Position numbers and translations under genes: made by a program
The notes under the pieces: model-generated
What the model was told of the DNA's origin: nothing
The model's input: the letters and a program-made list of their open reading frames with translations, nothing else
Databases searched by the model: none
Sequence record: MF158040
Reading direction: 5' to 3' (one strand)
DNA from: Shigella phage Sf13
Length of the DNA stretch: 64,000 nucleotides
Shown: in pieces, positions 9,021 to 16,540 of the stretch
Layout of the letters: each line of letters starts with the position of its first letter
How positions within the stretch are numbered: the stretch's first letter is position 1

Positions 9021-9293
9021 TTAGACTAAATACAATTTTTTACCACTAACAATAATGTAACTTACACCGCTATTACTGTAAACATCTTGATAAATTCTGC
9101 GTAACTTTCCAAGGTATCGAACTTTCCAAGATGTAGGAATTTTCTTTCCATATCCTGTGGCGGTTTTTTGTAGACCTGCTACCTGCCAATCTAATAGGTG
9201 CTGTTCTGCTCTTAACTCTTCAAAGTTTAATACACCGTCTACATAGTGTTTTAAAGTTACGTTCAAAGTTCGACCGTCATTAGTAGTATACAT
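9021..9293 (-). CDS. hypothetical protein
   Basis: 90 aa ORF; ATG start after cassette. Confidence 0.45.
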   Translation of the reverse strand: MYTTNDGRTLNVTLKHYVDGVLNFEELRAEQHLLDWQVAGLQKTATGYGKKIPTSWKVRYLGKLRRIYQDVYSNSGVSYIIVSGKKLYLV

Positions 9294-9351
9294 TTTAGAT
9301 TCTCCAGTTTAGGATTGTTGGGACTTCTATCTTGCCCCGTTGATGAATACT
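9294..9351 (-). promoter_or_regulatory. cassette type B
   Basis: GGGAC...GCCCC hairpin, GTTGATGAATACTTTA module, RBS. Confidence 0.45.
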
Positions 9352-9699
9352 TTACTTGTTTTGATTCTGCATTGCAAGCTCTTTTTTATTAATTTCTTGC
9401 GCTATCACAATATAATAATCTTTCAGGTTTATATCTTGAATTGACTCTAGAAGTATGTCATAATCACTGATTAATTTAAAATCACCGTCTAGAATGTTAT
9501 CAATCCGGTATGTCTCTGCTTTAAATCGAAAGCTCATCTCTAAACGTTTCAATTGTTCTAAGTTCAAACGCTCTAAAAAGCCCCGTACAAGGTTTATTTT
9601 TAAATCCCTTGTAAGTGCCTTATTAGCTATACTGTGCGCTTGTAAGGCTTTATAGAGCGCCACAATAGAGATAAAAATTGCAACGTATGTGATTAACAT
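9352..9699 (-). CDS. hypothetical membrane-anchored protein
   Basis: 115 aa ORF with N-terminal hydrophobic segment; ATG overlaps stop of 9693..9989; C-terminus ...LAMQNQNK shared with the 46 aa ORF at 5901..6041. Confidence 0.45.
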   Translation of the reverse strand: MLITYVAIFISIVALYKALQAHSIANKALTRDLKINLVRGFLERLNLEQLKRLEMSFRFKAETYRIDNILDGDFKLISDYDILLESIQDINLKDYYIVIAQEINKKELAMQNQNK

Positions 9700-9989
9700 T
9701 TGTTTTTACCTTTGTGGAATAGTTTACCAGTGTGACTAATTTCATATGAATCAACCATATCTCTAGTGGTCTTAATCGATGACTTATTAGTGTTATCATA
9801 GATATCAACCTGAAGCAATGGTTTTTTGTATTCTTTACAAAAGTTCCATACACAAATTATTACTTCCTTTTTGTTAATCTTTCCATGATACCACTCTACG
9901 GCTTCAGATGTACGGCGCATGGATTCAATGAATTGGATATTACTTAATAGCTGGCTTAATTTAGTTCTAACGTTTGCGGCAATAAACAT
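9693..9989 (-). CDS. hypothetical protein
   Basis: 98 aa ORF; ATG start after cassette. Confidence 0.45.
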   Translation of the reverse strand: MFIAANVRTKLSQLLSNIQFIESMRRTSEAVEWYHGKINKKEVIICVWNFCKEYKKPLLQVDIYDNTNKSSIKTTRDMVDSYEISHTGKLFHKGKNKC

Positions 9990-10073
9990 TTTAGATTCTC
10001 CAGTTTAGGATTGTTTGTAAAGCTCTTTATCTGGGGCTATCTTATCAACTTGATAACCCCATGTAAAGCACTT
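9990..10073 (-). promoter_or_regulatory. cassette type A
   Basis: TTTACA-N17-TAAGAT, GGGG/CCCC, RBS. Confidence 0.5.
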
Positions 10074-10586
10074 TTAGATATTAAAGATATTCATAACAGA
10101 ATCTTTCAAGGCTTCTAAACGTTCCATTACTTCAGATTCTCCATCGGAGTTCGACACTTCCTCTTCTAATCGTGAATCTAAATCTTCACCGTCAAGATAG
10201 CACCAATCGAAGCCATAAGCAAGAGAAAAGCTATTTAATACTGTATTACCTTCTTTATCTTCTACCTTTGCAAATAGCACGTAGCTGTTAGCCTCTAAAT
10301 CTCTTTGTAATTCATCTTGTAAGCTCTTGTAAGCCTCTATAGATGGATTTTCGCGGCCTTGTTTAGCATAATCACTCATCAATTGTGAAAGGCTGTAATG
10401 CTGTGGAATTGCATATTTGTACCCGTTACGCTCTGGATTTTTAAGTTTGATTGTAACCCCGCCTTTGTGCTCATCGGTAAACTTCCAATTTTCCACACAA
10501 TGGGATGCTTCACAAATATTAACAGCTTCATAGATGATAGTGAATTTTTCTTTTTGAACTTCAAAGGTAGCTTCAACGTATGACAT
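10074..10586 (-). CDS. hypothetical protein (acidic C-terminal half)
   Basis: 170 aa ORF; ATG start after cassette. Confidence 0.5.
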   Translation of the reverse strand: MSYVEATFEVQKEKFTIIYEAVNICEASHCVENWKFTDEHKGGVTIKLKNPERNGYKYAIPQHYSLSQLMSDYAKQGRENPSIEAYKSLQDELQRDLEANSYVLFAKVEDKEGNTVLNSFSLAYGFDWCYLDGEDLDSRLEEEVSNSDGESEVMERLEALKDSVMNIFNI

Positions 10587-10678
10587 ATTAAGATTCTCCA
10601 GTTTAGGACTATTGGTTAGTAAAGCTCTTTATCTGGGGCTTATACTAGCAACTTATAAACCCCATGTAAAGCACTTTA
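10587..10678 (-). promoter_or_regulatory. cassette type A
   Basis: TTTACA-N17-TAGTAT, GGGG/CCCC, RBS. Confidence 0.5.
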
Positions 10679-10936
10679 TCAGATTAAATTGTCAGTTAAT
10701 GATAAGTGCATTTTATAACCTTTCTTCGTGTAGACGTTAGTTCTACCGATTGCTTTTACACCTTTGAAAAGGTCATAGGAACTACGTTTTAAAGTAATTT
10801 CCTTATCACATTTCACGCCCCATCTTACAGCAGATTCTTTTCCGTTGTCAACCACTTTACCATTTAATTTTTTAGCAGTTGCGCGAGCGTCATCACGAGA
10901 TTTTGCAGATACAATGATGTTTTTGATAGTAGCCAT
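10679..10936 (-). CDS. hypothetical basic protein
   Basis: 85 aa ORF; ATG start after cassette. Confidence 0.45.
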   Translation of the reverse strand: MATIKNIIVSAKSRDDARATAKKLNGKVVDNGKESAVRWGVKCDKEITLKRSSYDLFKGVKAIGRTNVYTKKGYKMHLSLTDNLI

Positions 10937-11027
10937 TTTTGATACTCCAGTTTAGGTTATTGTTTGGTAAAGCTCTTTATCTGGGGCTTATCTTATCTAA
11001 CTATAAACCCCATGTAAAGGACTTTAT
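10937..11027 (-). promoter_or_regulatory. cassette type A
   Basis: Same module; RBS variant CTGGAGTATCAAAA. Confidence 0.45.
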
Positions 11028-11408
11028 TTAGTTAATTTTGAAAACTGTAACGTAGCCATCACTACCAATAGTTTGAGATACTCCAGCTTTCTCTATATCA
11101 TACCCCATTTTATCAAGATGGTACATTGCATCTTCATACCCATATTTACCGCCTTGATAGCGTCTTTTTTCGCATCGTATCACAGTTTTACCACGTCCTG
11201 CAATAGCATTTATGATAGCTTTTTCACCGGATAATGTACCGTCAAGCATAGTAGCTTTGTAGTGGTTAATACGGTTACCATTAACATCATACTTAAAATT
11301 GTAAGCGTGAACAACAATTATTTTTCCTTTGAAGTTTTCTTTCATAGTTTCCTCTAAGATACTACGAAAGTTTTCTTTGTTGATAAATTTAGGCGCACGA
11401 TATTTCAT
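11028..11408 (-). CDS. hypothetical protein
   Basis: 126 aa ORF; ATG start after cassette. Confidence 0.5.
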   Translation of the reverse strand: MKYRAPKFINKENFRSILEETMKENFKGKIIVVHAYNFKYDVNGNRINHYKATMLDGTLSGEKAIINAIAGRGKTVIRCEKRRYQGGKYGYEDAMYHLDKMGYDIEKAGVSQTIGSDGYVTVFKIN

Positions 11409-11492
11409 TTTAGATTCTCCAGTTTAGGATTGTTGGTAAAGCTCTTTATCTGGGGCTTAAGATACTAGATTTTAAACCCCATGTAAAGCACT
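11409..11492 (-). promoter_or_regulatory. cassette type A
   Basis: TTTACA-N17-TATCTT, GGGG/CCCC, RBS. Confidence 0.5.
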
Positions 11493-11654
11493 TTATGCAA
11501 TAATTTTTATAAAATATTTCATGGTTATTTTGTCGCCATTGGTAAGGGCTATACAATCATTACCCATAGCAGACTTATAGAGATAGAAGACTTTACCAAT
11601 TTTTGGGTATCCGTCTAAATCTTTGTATTGTATTACATCGCTTTCTTTAATCAT
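11493..11654 (-). CDS. hypothetical small protein
   Basis: ORF track 11493..11732 begins with TTG and overlaps the upstream gene by 67 nt; in-frame ATG at 11654 removes the overlap. Start uncertain. Confidence 0.3.
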   Translation of the reverse strand: MIKESDVIQYKDLDGYPKIGKVFYLYKSAMGNDCIALTNGDKITMKYFIKIIA

Positions 11655-11665
11655 TGTCAAGCCTT

Positions 11666-11872
11666 TTAAACGTTGTAATAATAAATTGCTGTATGCCTTG
11701 TAAACTGTCTTGTATGAGTTGTCAAGTAACAATCTGAACTGATTGACGTATCAACATATTCATCAAAATCCTTTTCTGAGATACGTTGCCAAACATCACA
11801 AATTAGCATATAGAAACGACGTTTATTTGTTTTGTTGTTGTCAACAATCATTAACTCACGTTGATATAACAT
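11666..11872 (-). CDS. hypothetical protein
   Basis: 68 aa ORF; ATG start directly after cassette at 11873. Confidence 0.4.
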   Translation of the reverse strand: MLYQRELMIVDNNKTNKRRFYMLICDVWQRISEKDFDEYVDTSISSDCYLTTHTRQFTRHTAIYYYNV

Positions 11873-11940
11873 TTTAGATTCTCCAGTTTAGGATTGTTGG
11901 GATGTTTCCCGTTGATGCAAATACTATAAGACTGGATTTA
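11873..11940 (-). promoter_or_regulatory. cassette type B (first of array)
   Basis: GGGA-TGTT-TCCC hairpin plus CTGGAGAATCTAAA RBS; a possible promoter TTGACT-N17-TAGTAT lies just upstream (about 11922-11955). Confidence 0.4.
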
Positions 11941-12124
11941 TGAAGTCAACAAAATTTTTAAAAATATTTTCGATGCTTCGTGAATAGAACGCACGTATGC
12001 GGATACACTAAAACAGGAATTTAGTCAAGAATTATTTTTGAGTTCTCTACAAATTTTTCTCTTGACTTTTGGGAGGAAGGGGATTAAGAGGGGATGGTGG
12101 GGCTGGTTTCCTACAGCTACCTAC

Positions 12125-12320
12125 CTGCACAATTTGAAAATGAATTTTCCCTTTGGAGTCCAACTGCATCTGCACAGATTGAAAATGAAAAAGCTCTTTG
12201 GAGTCTAAACCTGCACAAATTTGAAATGAATTTTCCCTTTGGAGTTCAGCTAAAGAAATCTGTCCAGAGTTCTATGCAACTATACCTGCACAAATTTAAA
12301 ATGAAAAAGCCCTCCTTACC
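12125..12320. repeat. four direct repeats of about 36-40 bp
   Basis: CTGCACA(A/G)ATT(T)GAAAATGAA-(TTTTCC|AAAAGC)-CTTTGGAGT starting near 12125, 12170, 12211 and 12286; the last merges into the terminator hairpin. Confidence 0.55.
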
Positions 12321-12352
12321 TGAGATTTTTAAACTCAAACTTTGGAGGGCTT
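12304..12352 (-). terminator. putative terminator (long loop)
   Basis: AGCCCTCC ... GGAGGGCT inverted repeat with a T-run after it on the minus strand, downstream of the macrodomain gene stop. Confidence 0.35.
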
Positions 12353-12376
12353 GTCTATGTCTAGCTAGGTGACTTA

Positions 12377-13171
12377 TTAGTTACGTGCTTCAACATAGCT
12401 TACGTTTTCATGTGTGATATAATCTTCTGCAAACTCTTCTGTAGTAGCATTGATATATACACTTGCATCATCGCCAAACGTTACCGCTCTGTGGTGGTGG
12501 CCTTGTAACGGGTGGGTAACTTGAGCGTTACTTCGATTGTACTTATCAACCGGAGGGTAACTGGTGTGTACCTTGCCATTACGCTTCACCTTGAGGGTAA
12601 CTTTATCCTTGCCTACCACAGCAACACCATCAAAGTATTGAGGCTCACTGAAGTTCTCCCAACCAGTAACAGGACTAGTCAACTGACTGTACATCTTATC
12701 TTCATAGACATACATATATACGTCAACATCTTTCATGGTCTGATTAATAATGGACAGCACAGCCATACTATCAAGACCACCAATCCCTGCACCAATCATA
12801 GGGAGTCCAACCTTCTTAAGCTGGTTTACTTTACAGTAGTTGTTAAGACGCTGTAAAGCTGCTTCTAAGGCATTGTATCGTGCATTTTTTCCAGTGATAA
12901 CCTGAGTATAAAGGTTAGCAATTCGACCCTGCTTCAAACGTGCTACAGAGATGTTACCAAGCATTAGATTCTTAGGGTTATGGTTTTCACCACCTACTGT
13001 AGCATAAACTTCAGCGTCAGTTTCATAAGCTTTTGGGTAGCGTTTAGCAATTGTTGCTGCGATACCTGCACCCATCAAGTTCATGCAGTTACAACCGTGA
13101 CCAATGATATCAAACTTCTTACCATCAAAGTCTTTAAAGATATCACCTTTAATAATTTTTACGATACCCAT
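12377..13171 (-). CDS. macrodomain protein (TARG1/DarG-like ADP-ribosyl hydrolase fold) with C-terminal extension
   Basis: KGDIF...DIIGHGCNCMNLMGAGIAATIAKRYP and LPMIGAGIGGLD resemble the TARG1-type macrodomain (GDLF...HCISEDCRMGAGIA...PRIGCGLD); about 110 aa unrecognised C-terminal region with a GHHH motif. ORF track start is 13228; ATG at 13171 (MGIVKIIKGD...) avoids a 56 nt overlap with the upstream gene. Start uncertain. Confidence 0.55.
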   Translation of the reverse strand: MGIVKIIKGDIFKDFDGKKFDIIGHGCNCMNLMGAGIAATIAKRYPKAYETDAEVYATVGGENHNPKNLMLGNISVARLKQGRIANLYTQVITGKNARYNALEAALQRLNNYCKVNQLKKVGLPMIGAGIGGLDSMAVLSIINQTMKDVDVYMYVYEDKMYSQLTSPVTGWENFSEPQYFDGVAVVGKDKVTLKVKRNGKVHTSYPPVDKYNRSNAQVTHPLQGHHHRAVTFGDDASVYINATTEEFAEDYITHENVSYVEARN

Positions 13172-13172
13172 A

Positions 13173-13373
13173 TTAGTAATGCTCCCAACGTTCGTTATCT
13201 TCAGATGGTTTAACTCGGTTACCTTCATGGTCTACCCATAAAGCACCGCAACCTTCACAGATTACTGGCATTGCTGAACCAGCTTCAAACTCTGCCTTTG
13301 TAAAGAGACCTTTTAAGTCTCCTGTATCTTTTCCAAACATCTCAACAGAACACTTAGTGCAGAAATCAGCCAT
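13173..13373 (-). CDS. zinc-ribbon protein
   Basis: 66 aa ORF with CTKC ... CEGC cysteine pairs; ATG start. Confidence 0.45.
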   Translation of the reverse strand: MADFCTKCSVEMFGKDTGDLKGLFTKAEFEAGSAMPVICEGCGALWVDHEGNRVKPSEDNERWEHY

Positions 13374-13602
13374 TTGATATTACCTCTTGGAAGTATGTAT
13401 CACCTTCATAAGAGTAATTACACTTAAACTCTTCTAAGCTTAATCTTGTAAGCAGAGGATTCAGGTAGTGTTTAAAATCCCCTATCTTGAAGTTGTAGTG
13501 AATCAAGGGGTTCATGAATGGTATTACCTCATCCCGTCCAACAAATATAGCCCCTACTAACACTTGACGTGTAACTTTACTTCTTACCAGAATTGCTTTC
13601 AT
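13366..13602 (-). CDS. hypothetical protein
   Basis: 78 aa ORF; ATG start; short overlaps with both neighbours. Confidence 0.45.
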   Translation of the reverse strand: MKAILVRSKVTRQVLVGAIFVGRDEVIPFMNPLIHYNFKIGDFKHYLNPLLTRLSLEEFKCNYSYEGDTYFQEVISNG

Positions 13603-13903
13603 ACATCACCTTTTCAGTTAGCTCAAACAGGTCAACATGTTCGATGCTTTCAATATGGATACCAACTTTTGCATAGCGTTCTTTAACATTCTCTGCATTA
13701 AGCCATATCAGACACCAATGATTCTCTATGGATTCTTCAAGCTTGTCAACACAATCTTTAAAAGATTTCATATCTCCACGAGTACCAATGAATGCAACAA
13801 CCCCATAGAGAAACTCTTTACCACTGTGACAGACTTGTGCTGTACCAATTTCCTTTTCACCGTCTGAGAAGACGGCTACATAATTCTTACCATCTAGTTG
13901 CAT
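13577..13903 (-). CDS. hypothetical protein
   Basis: ORF track first codon appears to be GTG; the adjacent ATG at 13903 is used. Confidence 0.45.
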   Translation of the reverse strand: MQLDGKNYVAVFSDGEKEIGTAQVCHSGKEFLYGVVAFIGTRGDMKSFKDCVDKLEESIENHWCLIWLNAENVKERYAKVGIHIESIEHVDLFELTEKVMYESNSGKK

Positions 13904-13912
13904 CACTAACCC

Positions 13913-14182
13913 TCACTTCCTCGTTTTAAGGACTGCATAGATTTCTTTAGAATCTTCTCCGAACCATGTGTAGTGATTCTCGTTGATTTCAGGATGGTTG
14001 TCAACACGTATTTTGCAATCTCTTCCAACATGCTTAAGTTGTGCAGAAACACCCTGCATAAAGATGTGACAAGTTACATCATCCATAACCGTTGGCATAA
14101 TGTCAAATCTCATGTAAGTATTACTTGGTCTTGGTAACAGAAGATAACCTTCCACAAAAAATGTTTCATTCTTCTCTGTCAT
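13913..14182 (-). CDS. hypothetical protein
   Basis: 89 aa ORF; ATG start overlapping the o-spanin stop. Confidence 0.45.
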   Translation of the reverse strand: MTEKNETFFVEGYLLLPRPSNTYMRFDIMPTVMDDVTCHIFMQGVSAQLKHVGRDCKIRVDNHPEINENHYTWFGEDSKEIYAVLKTRK

Positions 14183-14448
14183 TGCTGCTTATTCCCTAAC
14201 AAAATCATATCAATCAAATTGTTTGCCTTGATAGTACATTCATAGTAACCATCACGATAAAACTCAAGAGCACTTGCAAGGTCTGCACCTTTAGTACCTT
14301 TAACCTCATACCGTGCTTCTTCTTGAGTGTACTTGTCACTCTCACTTACTTGGGAGTTTTTGAAGGTACTGTTCACTTTGTTCGTTGAACACCCTGACAT
14401 AAGGCTCAGTAGCACAATCATTAATAAAGACTGTCTTAGTTTTTTCAT
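14179..14448 (-). CDS. putative o-spanin (outer-membrane lipoprotein)
   Basis: Signal peptide with lipobox LMSGC (MKKLRQSLLMIVLLSLMSGCS); AAGAGG Shine-Dalgarno; starts inside the 3' end of the upstream gene in another frame. Confidence 0.5.
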   Translation of the reverse strand: MKKLRQSLLMIVLLSLMSGCSTNKVNSTFKNSQVSESDKYTQEEARYEVKGTKGADLASALEFYRDGYYECTIKANNLIDMILLGNKQQ

Positions 14449-14689
14449 AGTTCAATACCTCTTTGGTGTGTTTGTTTTTAGCAAGCACATCTTTCAAATC
14501 ATTTTTGTAATTGGAGCTAAGATTTGATAAACCCTCTTGATAAGCATCTTTAGCAACACTCACAAGTCTCTGGTTAGTTAACTCCTTTTCATTAACTTGG
14601 CTGGTCTTGTAAGTGTAACCTCCCCAAGCACCAACACCTGTTAAGAAAATGATTACAAAAGCTGCTTGACAAAATTCTTTAAACGTCAT
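14342..14689 (-). CDS. putative i-spanin (inner-membrane anchored)
   Basis: N-terminal transmembrane segment (FCQAAFVIIFLTGVGAWGGY) then a charged helical domain; overlaps the lipoprotein gene by about 107 nt. Confidence 0.5.
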   Translation of the reverse strand: MTFKEFCQAAFVIIFLTGVGAWGGYTYKTSQVNEKELTNQRLVSVAKDAYQEGLSNLSSNYKNDLKDVLAKNKHTKEVLNYEKTKTVFINDCATEPYVRVFNEQSEQYLQKLPSK

Positions 14690-14708
14690 TTAACTTCTCC
14701 TAGAAATG

Positions 14709-14729
14709 AAAAAGGCTCCCGAAGGAGCC
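14709..14729 (-). terminator. rho-independent terminator
   Basis: GGCTCC-TTCG-GGAGCC then T-run on the minus strand, after the 14742..15206 stop. Confidence 0.55.
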
Positions 14730-14741
14730 TCTATAATAACT

Positions 14742-15206
14742 TTAACCAAGAACTTTCGCAAGGACATTTGCTGCCATTGTTGAGGCTTTTGAAGCAGCAG
14801 CTACGCCAGCCTTAATGGTATTGTCCTTAATCGCAGAAACCGTTGCAGTATCTGTGAAGAGGTAAGTGGTAGTTTGAGAACCACTTGTAAAGGAAAGCAT
14901 AAGAGCAGTTTCCAGATTGAAAGAACGGTAAGGAGCACCGGATTGTACAATCCCTTTTGCACCTAACTCTGAAGCCATACCCATATCATAGATAGTCATC
15001 AGATTTTCTTTATGAGCAGTAGTTGAACCAACACCCTTAACGTGTTTTGTGACATTCAACATTGCACGATACTCACGAATGTTACCATCAGCTTTCACGT
15101 TTACTGCACGAAAGATTTTACCATCGAAATTACTTTTGATAATCTCACGAACTACCTGTGATTTGTTACCGGAAGCATCGATAGCTACTGTAATAATGTT
15201 TTGCAT
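14742..15206 (-). CDS. hypothetical protein
   Basis: 154 aa ORF with ATG start and its own downstream terminator. Confidence 0.5.
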   Translation of the reverse strand: MQNIITVAIDASGNKSQVVREIIKSNFDGKIFRAVNVKADGNIREYRAMLNVTKHVKGVGSTTAHKENLMTIYDMGMASELGAKGIVQSGAPYRSFNLETALMLSFTSGSQTTTYLFTDTATVSAIKDNTIKAGVAAASKASTMAANVLAKVLG

Positions 15207-15217
15207 GGTTTACTCTC

Positions 15218-15913
15218 TCAGTTTTTAACAAGCATTGTTTTGATGTGTGGTAAGATTCTTTCAACCTTTGCCACGTTCTTCACTGTATCTTCTATAAAGC
15301 ATACTACATCATAGTAGGGTAGAATGCAAGACTGAAGCATACGAACTTTCAAACTTTCTGCACTAATCTCATTGTCACCAAATCCACGCATAAACAGTAG
15401 GAAATCACTGTCTACATTCTCATTCAGGAAAAGATGTGTGACAACTCTTTGTGATTCACCACGAGCAGTTAGGAATCCTATATCAGCATTTCTTGATATA
15501 CCACACAGGATGTTAAAAACATATGTTGGTTTAGCTCTGCGAGAGTCTACCAAGTTAGTATATTGTGAGTAAGAACCATCATCTAACAGAGTTGCATTAA
15601 GTTTCTTGTCAAAGCTTGTAAGAACACCATCAATGTCTGCTAAGACCATTTTACGTTTTTCTTCCAAGTTCTTTGCAACCAAGATAAGGCTGTTACGACC
15701 AACATATACAGTTTTACCTGTTAGCAAATCCTGACAAGGAATCTGTGTCTTTGTTGAGTGGAAGTCTTCAAAGCTACACACAACATTTCTTGCTGTATCT
15801 GCAAAGTCAGCTTTAGCAATATCTGACCAACTTGCAGAACTGATATCTAAATCAAGTGGTTTAATATCATAAGCATGACACAGAACCATATCAAATTGTT
15901 TTGATTCGCTCAT
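15218..15913 (-). CDS. HAD-superfamily phosphatase-like protein
   Basis: HAD motif I-like LADIDGVLT; about 95 aa N-terminal extension with no P-loop; overlaps upstream gene by 23 nt. Confidence 0.45.
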   Translation of the reverse strand: MSESKQFDMVLCHAYDIKPLDLDISSASWSDIAKADFADTARNVVCSFEDFHSTKTQIPCQDLLTGKTVYVGRNSLILVAKNLEEKRKMVLADIDGVLTSFDKKLNATLLDDGSYSQYTNLVDSRRAKPTYVFNILCGISRNADIGFLTARGESQRVVTHLFLNENVDSDFLLFMRGFGDNEISAESLKVRMLQSCILPYYDVVCFIEDTVKNVAKVERILPHIKTMLVKN

Positions 15914-16463
15914 ATTTTACCTTTTTAATGTTTGTTGCAAACTCACATTGAGCCAGCAGTTTCATGTTATTGTACACATCTTGAGAGTATTGTCTAGCCT
16001 TTGGAATCTTGTATTTGTAACCAGCATTATAAGAAGCTAGGACACGCTTCATAGAGTACTTTCCATCTGGGTTACCATGAACCTTAGTCCAGAATAATAG
16101 CTCCTTATGAGCCTCTTTCGCTGAGTAATGGAAGTCACTTACTAGCTTCTTCTTAGCAACCTTTGGAGATACCTTGTTACGCTTTACAACAGTCTTCAAG
16201 TGATTCTGGAAAACACCATAATCATGAGTCTTTTTATTTTCTAACATGACACCTAATTGTGACTCTTGTAAGGCTATAGCTGCTAAAGGGATTCCCCAAC
16301 CTTTTCCCATCTGCCCTTCGCCATAGTTATATGCTTTTAACATATTAACTTTCTGGCTGATTGTAAGCTCTGGACAGTCAGATGCTGTAGCTAAATGTGC
16401 TGTAAAGAATAAGCACAAACCTAAAACAAATTTCTTCATTTGCACTCCTATTTTGTTAAACAT
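15891..16463 (-). CDS. secreted lytic transglycosylase-like protein
   Basis: N-terminal signal peptide (MKKFVLGLCLFFTAHLATA); SLT-like motifs LQESQLG and DYGVFQNH. Confidence 0.5.
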   Translation of the reverse strand: MFNKIGVQMKKFVLGLCLFFTAHLATASDCPELTISQKVNMLKAYNYGEGQMGKGWGIPLAAIALQESQLGVMLENKKTHDYGVFQNHLKTVVKRNKVSPKVAKKKLVSDFHYSAKEAHKELLFWTKVHGNPDGKYSMKRVLASYNAGYKYKIPKARQYSQDVYNNMKLLAQCEFATNIKKVKYERIKTI

Positions 16464-16500
16464 GCAGACAATTATACACTAACCTGCACATTTTTCAAAT

Positions 16501-16522
16501 AAAAAAGGCTGCCGAAGCAGCC
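16501..16522 (-). terminator. rho-independent terminator
   Basis: GGCTGC-TTCG-GCAGCC then TTTTTT on the minus strand, after the rIIB stop. Confidence 0.55.
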
Positions 16523-16540
16523 CCTTTAGGAATTTACTTA

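Noticed and set aside
4924-11940. Intergenic cassettes as simple rho-independent terminators
   Set aside because: Most hairpins are not followed by a U-tract in the transcribed orientation, and the conserved part is the RBS box and the TTTACA-N17-TAnnnT promoter-like element; better explained as promoter/RBS cassettes.
12125-12320. CRISPR array
   Set aside because: Only four units, unit sequence varies, spacers are 5-40 bp and irregular, and no cas genes; not CRISPR-like.
12094-12372. 92 aa + strand ORF across the tandem-repeat region
   Set aside because: Its sequence is internally repetitive because it reads through the four direct repeats; no RBS; lies between minus-strand units. Treated as a repeat artefact.
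15891-16463. Lytic transglycosylase as the definitive endolysin of a complete lysis cassette
   Set aside because: It has a cleavable signal peptide and is separated from the spanins by two genes; no holin identified. Kept as a candidate only.
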